Notes under the pieces: model-generated | The model's database searches: none | Told to the model about the DNA's origin: nothing | What the model saw: only the letters and a program-made list of their open reading frames with translations | Part shown: one piece after another, positions 1-7,662 of the stretch | Layout: the number at the start of each line of letters is the position of its first letter | How positions within the stretch are numbered: the stretch's first letter is position 1 | Translations under genes and position numbers: made by a program | Virus record (IMG/VR): IMGVR_UViG_3300001598_000034 | Location: 64,001 to 128,000 of that record | Source: a virus | Lineage: Duplodnaviria; Caudoviricetes | DNA: 64,000 nucleotides | Reading direction: 5' to 3' (one strand)

Positions 1-375
1 GCAACATCCGTACAAGTAACAACACTTCAAGAGCTTAGATGTGAAGAACAAATAGTTTTACCAGGAAAAACGCAACCAGTTAATATTACTATTTCTAGAT
101 TTTGTGGAAAATGGGCTAATTTATTAAATAGGCTACATGGAATAAAAGACGATTTAAGCTGGAATATGAGTAATCAGTATGATGGAATGAGAAAATTATT
201 TGGTCTTTATTGTATAGTAATGGACACAAGCCGTAGAAATATAGTACATTCCTTTTATGTAGAAAGGTGTGCTATAGAACAAATATCATTTGGAATAACA
301 GCTGGTCAAATACAAGTAATAGAATCTTGTGGAATAAAAGCAGGAAGAATAATAGACCCAAACTATCAAAAATAA
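1..375 (+). CDS. 5'-truncated virion structural protein, tail-tube-like
   Basis: Frame is open from base 1 to the stop at 375, so it is longer than the ORF-track call. The beta-rich C-terminus (SFYVERCAIEQISFGITAGQIQVIE) resembles tube-fold proteins, and it precedes a spike-like gene. Confidence 0.4.
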   Translation, partial: ATSVQVTTLQELRCEEQIVLPGKTQPVNITISRFCGKWANLLNRLHGIKDDLSWNMSNQYDGMRKLFGLYCIVMDTSRRNIVHSFYVERCAIEQISFGITAGQIQVIESCGIKAGRIIDPNYQK

Positions 376-399
376 TATAAGAAAGAATACAGGTATAAT

Positions 400-1176
400 A
401 TGACACCAACAGGAGAAGTCAAAACTGGTATAGTAACTAAATACGATGAAACTACGATGACAGCAGTAATTCAAGACAGTGAAGGAATTATGCATAATGT
501 AGTTTGTCTCTTCGATAGATATGATCCTAAAACCGGAGCCTATTCTTTTAGAGCACCATCAGAAGAATCCCCATGTTTATATACCACTATTGGGGAAACA
601 ACTTATCTATTAGGGTTATTTCCTCCATTAAACATGACACCAGAAGGTATCCATCCTAAAAATTCTAGCTGTAATAATACAGAAAATCGTACCCCACAAG
701 GGATGCTAGAAAGCATAGTAAAACCAGGTAATGTTATAGATACAAATTCTAATGGATCAAAAGAGAATTTTACTGATTCTGAGAAGAATATTATTTTAGC
801 ATCAGGAAAGTTAGAGTCTTTATGGAATCTAATTAATTTTGTGTGGAAAAATACTTGTCAAATGTTCAAGTTATATTCCGGACCGATGGACGTTACAGCA
901 GAAGTAACAGATAAAGAAGAGTGTAATACAACAATAAAATGGCGTAAAACATTAGAAGAACGTAAAGACGGCGTAAAGCATACTCTGTTAGATCTACGTA
1001 TTGGGAAAGACGCTGGAGTAGTTGAATTACAGGTAAATGGATCTACCTTATTACATATTTATGAAAATAAAGATATTCTATTAATAGCTAATGATATAAA
1101 AATAAATGCTAAAAAAATAGAATATAATGCAGATGAAGTAAACATGTTAAATGTTGGCGTCGTTCGATTACCTTAA
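400..1176 (+). CDS. putative baseplate spike (gp5/gpV-like) protein
   Basis: N-terminal OB-fold-like segment (GIVTKYDETTMTAVIQD...RAPSEESPCL) and a C-terminal beta-strand repeat region. Confidence 0.45.
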   Translation: MTPTGEVKTGIVTKYDETTMTAVIQDSEGIMHNVVCLFDRYDPKTGAYSFRAPSEESPCLYTTIGETTYLLGLFPPLNMTPEGIHPKNSSCNNTENRTPQGMLESIVKPGNVIDTNSNGSKENFTDSEKNIILASGKLESLWNLINFVWKNTCQMFKLYSGPMDVTAEVTDKEECNTTIKWRKTLEERKDGVKHTLLDLRIGKDAGVVELQVNGSTLLHIYENKDILLIANDIKINAKKIEYNADEVNMLNVGVVRLP

Positions 1177-1185
1177 GGAGCATAT

Positions 1186-1680
1186 ATGGCAACCAAAACA
1201 ATTAAAATAAAAAAATCGGAAGTAGATCAAAAAACGTTAAACATTTCCGAAACATTACAAAATTTATCTAACTCCATTATTACTCCAAATGATGTTCGTT
1301 TAGCCCTCATGGATTACCCAGAAATGAATAAGCCCTTATATATAGAACATTTGGATGACGAAAAATTATGGAAATGTATAGATTGGGGTGTTGGTACTTT
1401 TAATAGCCAACCTCCCAATATAGGAAAATATACAGCAGAAAATTTCCCTGATAAGCAACTATTACTACTCTTAGCGGTAGTGGAAGCATTAAAGCTAACA
1501 GCATTAATGGAATTACGTGGAGAGATGCAATATAGTGACGGAGGAGTACAGTCGTCCATTTACTATAAAAGCCCTCAATTTACAGCATTAAGACAAGAAT
1601 TACAACAGCAAGCATCCCAAAATATAACAGCGATAAAACGATCTATGAATATTAATAGCTGTTATGGACACCTCTGTTGA
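1186..1680 (+). CDS. putative virion structural protein (head-tail connector-like)
   Basis: 164 aa, AAGGAG RBS, structural gene context; the family call is only a resemblance. Confidence 0.35.
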   Translation: MATKTIKIKKSEVDQKTLNISETLQNLSNSIITPNDVRLALMDYPEMNKPLYIEHLDDEKLWKCIDWGVGTFNSQPPNIGKYTAENFPDKQLLLLLAVVEALKLTALMELRGEMQYSDGGVQSSIYYKSPQFTALRQELQQQASQNITAIKRSMNINSCYGHLC

Positions 1681-1739
1681 GACCTCAAGAGACACCTCTG
1701 TTGAACTATCTATTAATAGCAAGGAATAAATATATACTA

Positions 1740-3020
1740 ATGATTAATATAGAATATCTAGAAAAAATTGCATATGAAAAATACGCGGCAAATGTACTAA
1801 CGAGTATTATTAAAAATGTCGGAAAACCAATAGCAGGAGCATTAGCAAGGGTTCCTGTTGCAATGTCCAATAGCGCCGCAGCAGGGTATCTTCAAGAAGG
1901 TGCTAGGTTTGGAGCGGGGCTACAATTAGCTGGACTTGGTATGCAAGGTAAACTCATGCCATCAATAAAAAATAGGGTGTCAAAGTTACTTTCTAGCATT
2001 GGAATAGTTAAGAAGCCCGGATTAGGTGATATTAAAAATACTTCAATAAGCATACCGGCACAATCTAGTAGAAAATTGCCCCAAAATAAGCCAAGGATTT
2101 ATTCTCCACAAACGTACAAAAAATTTACTTCGCCTGCCTTCTATCAAGTTTCTTCTAATAAAACCACAAAACCAGTTGTTCAAAGAATAGGGGAAAAATT
2201 AGAAAATGTAGGTGGAAATATAACACATACCATGCTAAATGAGGAAAACTTATTTAATAGAGATGCTGCAGAAATAGCAAGAAATGCTGTAAATACTATC
2301 GGTAATAATCTATCTCCAAAAAAGTACAAAATAATAAAGTCAAATGGACTAGTATCTGATAGCTTAACTGGCTCGGAATTAAAATTTACAGGGAAAAAAA
2401 CTAATTATGCAGACCAATATAGAAGAGGACTCCTAGACGATATTAGAGAAGCCGGTTATAGGGCTAATGAAAAACCAGTGCAAATAGCTCGAAATAATGT
2501 AACTAATACAGACCCATTCTTTAGAAAACAGCATCAAGAAGCGCTTAAAGAGCGCCTAAAAGATCTTCAATTTGGTAGAAGGCATGGACTTGCAGTACCA
2601 GTTGGCATTACTGATGGAGACATGGTAGCTTATTATAAATCAATAAAAAGACATGGTTTAGCATCTAGAATATTTGATACAAACTACAATGGTAATAAAC
2701 TTTTTAGTAGTGAAAAAACTAAGAATATACAGAATCAACGTCAAGGAACTTTTAGTAATATTATAAATACTGCTAAAATCAAGGTAGAAGACTTTTTCCA
2801 TGGGAGTAGGGGAAATAGAAATTTTGAATATGCCCTGTATACGCATGACCCAAAAGTATTTTTAAGAGAAAGACACCAAAATAACATTAAACCTCAAATC
2901 AATACTACTTCTCAATGGAAAATGATGCGTCAACCACTAGAACCTAATACTCCCAAAATTCCACGCCAGCAAATAAAGATAAACCCTAATAGAGGAGAGA
3001 TGATGTCGAACACCAATTGA
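1740..3020 (+). CDS. basic hypothetical protein with MINIEYLEKIA leader (candidate internal virion protein)
   Basis: ATG at 1740 with upstream AAGGA is preferred over TTG at 1677; leader shared with neighbouring genes. Confidence 0.65.
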   Translation: MINIEYLEKIAYEKYAANVLTSIIKNVGKPIAGALARVPVAMSNSAAAGYLQEGARFGAGLQLAGLGMQGKLMPSIKNRVSKLLSSIGIVKKPGLGDIKNTSISIPAQSSRKLPQNKPRIYSPQTYKKFTSPAFYQVSSNKTTKPVVQRIGEKLENVGGNITHTMLNEENLFNRDAAEIARNAVNTIGNNLSPKKYKIIKSNGLVSDSLTGSELKFTGKKTNYADQYRRGLLDDIREAGYRANEKPVQIARNNVTNTDPFFRKQHQEALKERLKDLQFGRRHGLAVPVGITDGDMVAYYKSIKRHGLASRIFDTNYNGNKLFSSEKTKNIQNQRQGTFSNIINTAKIKVEDFFHGSRGNRNFEYALYTHDPKVFLRERHQNNIKPQINTTSQWKMMRQPLEPNTPKIPRQQIKINPNRGEMMSNTN

Positions 3021-3042
3021 TATTCACATTATTACTAATATA

Positions 3043-3366
3043 ATGATTAATATAGAATATTTAGAAAAAGTCGCTATGACTTCTGAAAAAGAATTAAAGA
3101 AAAAGCGTTTTATGGGATTACCATACAATAATTATATAACAGCTGGAGCTTTAGGTGGCATAAGCACTTATAAAACTAATAAAGCATTACGCTTTATACC
3201 AGGTAAATACAGATATCCTTTGGCAGGAATATCTGGGTCTCTTGGGGCCGCAACAGGTTTTGATTTACAAGAAGCATGGGATCATACAATTAATAACAAG
3301 TTAAATAACATAAAAATATTGGCTGCAGATACAGGTGAGTATTTACTTAATAAGGCAACAAAATGA
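3043..3366 (+). CDS. small Gly/Ala-rich protein with MINIEYLEKVA leader
   Basis: ORF track; shared leader; glycine-zipper-like segments. Confidence 0.65.
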   Translation: MINIEYLEKVAMTSEKELKKKRFMGLPYNNYITAGALGGISTYKTNKALRFIPGKYRYPLAGISGSLGAATGFDLQEAWDHTINNKLNNIKILAADTGEYLLNKATK

Positions 3367-4070
3367 ACAATAGTCAACAAGATCTACAACTTTGGCAAGA
3401 TTATAAACAAGGTAAACAAGGTGCAAAGTGGAAATTACTAGATAATTTTAGAGGAATAATTACCCAGACTGCTCGTCAGCAGTCTAATGTTCGCCCTTAT
3501 TCAGTAGTCGAGGCAGAACTCAAAGAGCTCGCTCTCAAAGCTTTTGACTCCTATGATCCTAATAGAGGTGTAAAGTTATTAACACACCTTACTAATAATT
3601 TTAAGAAGTTAAGTAGAGAAAATATAAATAATCAACATGCTATCAGAGTACCAGAAAATGTACACTTTCAATTTAAACCATTAGTAGAAGCTAATGCTTT
3701 TCTCTCTGATAGTTTAGGTCGAGAACCTACCCATCAAGAAATAGCAGATTACACTGGTTGGTCATTGCCTAAAGTAGTAGATGCATCTTCCCGTTTACGT
3801 AAAGAATTAGTAGAATCTAAACAGACATTTGACCCTAAAGTATATGGATTAGATGCTGAAAGACAAGGTATGTATTACGCTTACCAGTCATTAGATCCAG
3901 TTGGAAGATTTATCATGGAACACTCTATGGGTTATAATGGAGGCAAAGAAATGCCAGAATCACTAATTCAAAAGAAACTAAAACTTACTGGTTATGGATA
4001 TAATCAAGCTAAAAACAATGTAGTCAATACAGTGCAAAGAGCAATAGGAATTGCTAATAATGAGGAATAA
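3363..4070 (+). CDS. sigma-70 family RNA polymerase sigma factor (virion cluster)
   Basis: Region 2 (AFDSYDPNRGVKLLTHL...AIRVP) and region 3 (LGREPTHQEIADYTG). Confidence 0.85.
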   Translation: MNNSQQDLQLWQDYKQGKQGAKWKLLDNFRGIITQTARQQSNVRPYSVVEAELKELALKAFDSYDPNRGVKLLTHLTNNFKKLSRENINNQHAIRVPENVHFQFKPLVEANAFLSDSLGREPTHQEIADYTGWSLPKVVDASSRLRKELVESKQTFDPKVYGLDAERQGMYYAYQSLDPVGRFIMEHSMGYNGGKEMPESLIQKKLKLTGYGYNQAKNNVVNTVQRAIGIANNEE

Positions 4071-4484
4071 ATGATTAATTTAGAATATTTAGAAAAAGTA
4101 GCAGAAGAAAATTTCGTTAGTCGTACTATAGACGATTTAGGTAATATTACAACAAAAGAAGAACTTTCTAACTGGAAAGGTGGAATACGCAATATTTGCG
4201 AAAACCGTCTTGTAAGTGTAGTTCCAGGAGTAGCCGCGGCATTAATAGCAAGAAAAGCAGGGGCTACGCGCGATAAAGCCCTTCTTATCGGTACTGCAGC
4301 TGGTGCCCCAGGAGCAATATATAAAAGATGGCAAGATGTTAATACTGTTTTCCCAGAAGCATCAACAAAAAGAAAACTTGTTTATGGTTTTTTACCATTA
4401 GGTACTACAGGTAATAATATGCGAGGTATTAGTATACCCTATATAGCCGGGGCTAAAAAATACAAACAATATAGAGAAGAGTAA
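4071..4484 (+). CDS. small protein with MINLEYLEKVA leader
   Basis: ORF track; shared leader; Gly/Ala-rich hydrophobic segments. Confidence 0.65.
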   Translation: MINLEYLEKVAEENFVSRTIDDLGNITTKEELSNWKGGIRNICENRLVSVVPGVAAALIARKAGATRDKALLIGTAAGAPGAIYKRWQDVNTVFPEASTKRKLVYGFLPLGTTGNNMRGISIPYIAGAKKYKQYREE

Positions 4485-5975
4485 ATGATCAACACAGACT
4501 ACCTTAGAAAAATAGCAAGTGCAGCACAATATCGACTTAAAGACTATCAACAAAGAGTAGTAGATAAAGTTATTACTAATTCTGATACTCCTACATCTTT
4601 GATTGCTCTTCATTCTATGGGGTCTGGTAAGACATTAACAGCATTAAGTACTTTTGATAAAATGCAAAAGCTCAAACCAAATGCTAAGATGTTATATATA
4701 GTACCAGCACCATTAGTAGCACGTACACCTCAGGAGATGAAGCAGTATGGGCTAGGGAATCTGATAAACAAAGTAGATGTACTTAGCTATGAAGCTGCCT
4801 CTAAGGTGCCACCTGGAAGTAAGACTCAGTATGATCTTGTAGCAATAGATGAAGCACATAGATTGCGCAATGCAAAATCTCAGAGAGCACAAAATATTCA
4901 GAATATTTTAGATAATAGCAAACATAGGCTACTTCTTACAGGCACAGCAGGATATAATCACCCAGCTGACATGTATGGCCTAATAAATAGGCTTAACCCA
5001 GATCTTAAACTTCCAGAAGACCATACTGCCTTTATGAACAGATATGCTCCAGATGGTGAAAATTTAAGACATAAAGACGAGCTAGCTAAAATTCTTAATA
5101 AGTACATAGACAAATATGAGGTAGATAAGAATAATGAACACTTCCCTTCTGTTTCTCAAAAAGTAATTGACGTGCCAATGTCTCCTCAGCAAGAAATTTT
5201 ATATCAACATATTGCTGAGAGAGATTTACCAGAAGAGTTAAGAGCAAAGCTCAAAGCGGGCATAAAGCTAACAGCAAGAGACGCTCAAGTATTCAATATG
5301 TTCATGGGCGGTACACGCCAAGCGTCTAATACCGGAAGCAAATTTTTAAGCACAATGTCATATAAGGACTCCCCTAAGATTATGACTGCATTAAAGTCTG
5401 TACAGGAACATGCTAAAAATAATCCAAATTTTAGAGGAGTAGTTTACTCTAACTATTTAGAGGCAGGGGTTTTACCGTATGCACAAGCGCTACAGGATAG
5501 TGGAATAAGATCATATATCTATACTGGATCCACGCCAGTGAAGGAAAAAGAGAAAATTATACGTGAGTATAATAAATTTGATAACAAACCTAAAGCTCTT
5601 ATTTTATCCTCAGCTGGTGGTGAAGGTCTAGACCTAAAACGCACTAACTTGATGCAAGTCCTGGAACCACACTGGAATGAACCTAAGTTAGACCAGGCAA
5701 AAGCTAGAGCAGTACGATATGATAGCCATGCAGACTTACCAAAGTCACAGAGACACGTAGACATAGAAGAGTATCATAGTGTATTTAATAAACAACATGC
5801 GATACCGCCAGTAGATACTGTATTGTCTGATCTAAGTTACCAAAAGAATAGTATAGTCAAGCAAATGAATGATTTAATTGGCAAGAAACCGCCAAAACAA
5901 ACATTCATGGATAGTTTAAGTGATTGGAATCCATTTAATAGTAGTAAATATAAAAATCTTAGTAACAAAATTTAA
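4485..5975 (+). CDS. SNF2-family helicase/ATPase with MINTDYLRKIA leader
   Basis: HSMGSGKT, DEAHRLRN, LLTGT, GGEGLDL, EPHWN...QAKARAVR motifs. Confidence 0.9.
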   Translation: MINTDYLRKIASAAQYRLKDYQQRVVDKVITNSDTPTSLIALHSMGSGKTLTALSTFDKMQKLKPNAKMLYIVPAPLVARTPQEMKQYGLGNLINKVDVLSYEAASKVPPGSKTQYDLVAIDEAHRLRNAKSQRAQNIQNILDNSKHRLLLTGTAGYNHPADMYGLINRLNPDLKLPEDHTAFMNRYAPDGENLRHKDELAKILNKYIDKYEVDKNNEHFPSVSQKVIDVPMSPQQEILYQHIAERDLPEELRAKLKAGIKLTARDAQVFNMFMGGTRQASNTGSKFLSTMSYKDSPKIMTALKSVQEHAKNNPNFRGVVYSNYLEAGVLPYAQALQDSGIRSYIYTGSTPVKEKEKIIREYNKFDNKPKALILSSAGGEGLDLKRTNLMQVLEPHWNEPKLDQAKARAVRYDSHADLPKSQRHVDIEEYHSVFNKQHAIPPVDTVLSDLSYQKNSIVKQMNDLIGKKPPKQTFMDSLSDWNPFNSSKYKNLSNKI

Positions 5976-5985
5976 TCCACTAAAA

Positions 5986-6016
5986 AAAAAGAGACTACAT
6001 TAAGTAGTCTCTTTTT
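5986..6016. terminator. bidirectional intrinsic terminator
   Basis: AAAAAGAGACTAC-attaa-GTAGTCTCTTTTT between convergent genes. Confidence 0.8.
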
Positions 6017-6401
6017 CCTTTTCCGTACACTCTGTACACATAGCTAAATTCTTTAAACTTGTCATAAATTCCCACACTTTGTGAGTAAGTTTCATTTTAA
6101 AAGAATCTAATGCCAGGTCTGGATAGAATGCTTTTTTTGTATGCTCAGAGTATGTTTCACTCCAAGTTTCCCCACCCATTAAATGGGCAGTCACCACTAA
6201 AGCATTGTCTTCTTTTTGCTCGGATGCAGTAAATCCAGTAATTAAATTAACTGCATCAGACAAGCTGAAAGTATCATCTTCATTCAATATGTAAGATACA
6301 CCTGCAGTCAAAGGCTCATGAGTATTTACGTCTTCAATAAAGATACGTACTGCTTTATTTCCTTTTTTATTCATGGGTTTCTTATTAACAACATCAGTCA
6401 T
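6000..6401 (-). CDS. hypothetical protein
   Basis: 133 aa, GAAAGGA RBS, last gene of the replication operon. Confidence 0.7.
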   Translation of the reverse strand: MTDVVNKKPMNKKGNKAVRIFIEDVNTHEPLTAGVSYILNEDDTFSLSDAVNLITGFTASEQKEDNALVVTAHLMGGETWSETYSEHTKKAFYPDLALDSFKMKLTHKVWEFMTSLKNLAMCTECTEKEKETT

Positions 6402-6416
6402 AATAATATCCTTTCT

Positions 6417-6833
6417 TTATTTTACAACCGTAGTTTCATTACAATATATTACTGGTGGATATCCTGGATAAGTAGGAGTATCTTGATTAGGTGGGTATGT
6501 CCATGGGTTAGTAAATGGTACCCATTTCTCTATAGTTTTAGGAGCTTCTATACCTATAGGAAGTTTGTAGCTATCAGGTAATTTAAACTTAACAATAGTC
6601 ATAGACATAATAAGTTGTTCATTATTATCGTCTCCGTCTAAAATAACTATTTTGTTTTTATTACCCTCAACCTTGTACCAATAGGATGTATCCCAAGTAT
6701 TGTCTTTTGCTGCTTGCTCCATAGCAGAGAAAGCTTCTTCTTTGCTCCACCACGCTCTAGCAGCCCCTCTAGGATACCCATCACAACTGTCACCATATTC
6801 AACATATATATATGAATAAACTTCTAAATTCAT
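6417..6833 (-). CDS. hypothetical protein
   Basis: 138 aa, tightly packed in the operon. Confidence 0.65.
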   Translation of the reverse strand: MNLEVYSYIYVEYGDSCDGYPRGAARAWWSKEEAFSAMEQAAKDNTWDTSYWYKVEGNKNKIVILDGDDNNEQLIMSMTIVKFKLPDSYKLPIGIEAPKTIEKWVPFTNPWTYPPNQDTPTYPGYPPVIYCNETTVVK

Positions 6834-6840
6834 TTATATT

Positions 6841-7062
6841 TTATCTTCCTGTGCAACCACAGTTATGCCTTTCTGCTACAGTTACAGAAAAAGACGTATT
6901 TTTATCCAAATGATCTAACAAGTCTTTATTCAAGTATTTAAGAATAGCTAATGTCTTAGCTTCTTCTAAGTTATCTGCTTCAACATTAATAAGTGTGTGT
7001 GATTCTTCGTTAATCATTATGTCAAATTTTTCCATATTATTTTTAAGCCTTTCTATCATCAA
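6841..7062 (-). CDS. hypothetical protein
   Basis: Short ORF in the operon; start may be the internal MEKFDI. Confidence 0.6.
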   Translation of the reverse strand: MMIERLKNNMEKFDIMINEESHTLINVEADNLEEAKTLAILKYLNKDLLDHLDKNTSFSVTVAERHNCGCTGR

Positions 7063-7067
7063 TAATA

Positions 7068-7361
7068 CTATCTGTCACCATATTGAAAATGTGGTATTAT
7101 ATTATCTTTATTTTTATATACTCCTAATTTGTATGCTAAACGTAAACAAATCCTCATAAAATAAGGTAAGTTATACCATGCCCTATCACATGGTATAACT
7201 TTTTCTACAGGAACCCATATCAGACTTCCATCTTTATCTTTGTATTCTACAGGAACTTCCGTAAAATAACCACCCAATTTACCCCTCACCATACCAACTT
7301 TATAATAAGGTTTAGTTTCTACAAAAGTACCTTGACGAAATTCATAACTATATCCTTGCAT
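7068..7361 (-). CDS. hypothetical protein
   Basis: 97 aa, operon packing. Confidence 0.6.
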   Translation of the reverse strand: MQGYSYEFRQGTFVETKPYYKVGMVRGKLGGYFTEVPVEYKDKDGSLIWVPVEKVIPCDRAWYNLPYFMRICLRLAYKLGVYKNKDNIIPHFQYGDR

Positions 7362-7365
7362 GTTT

Positions 7366-7662
7366 TTACTCTGTAATAGCTTCTAGTTCTTCTCCAGATT
7401 CCATAAGGTATTCAACTTCATAGAGAAATACATCAACAACAAGTCTATCCGTATCTTTAGTACGAAGTTGCAACTTACCATCATATACCGTATGTATATA
7501 AAGTTTCGGTGTGAGCATCCTACTAGTATGTCTAACAAGATCACGCAAAGCATCTTTTCTATCAGCCCATACTACGGAACTGATAGTATCTTGATTACAG
7601 ACAGGATGTATATCTCTTGGATATTCTACTTTAGCTACCCCATAATACTTTACTTTTTTCAT
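7366..7662 (-). CDS. hypothetical protein
   Basis: 98 aa, start overlaps the polymerase stop; GAGGAG RBS. Confidence 0.65.
   Translation of the reverse strand: MKKVKYYGVAKVEYPRDIHPVCNQDTISSVVWADRKDALRDLVRHTSRMLTPKLYIHTVYDGKLQLRTKDTDRLVVDVFLYEVEYLMESGEELEAITE

Noticed and set aside
391-399. AGGTATAAT as a promoter
   Set aside because: It directly abuts the ATG at 400, so it more likely serves as RBS and spacer; ambiguous.
1667-1704. 14-bp direct repeat GACACCTCTGTTGA (two copies, 10-bp gap)
   Set aside because: Only two copies with a short spacer; likely a local duplication of a gene end, not a CRISPR array.
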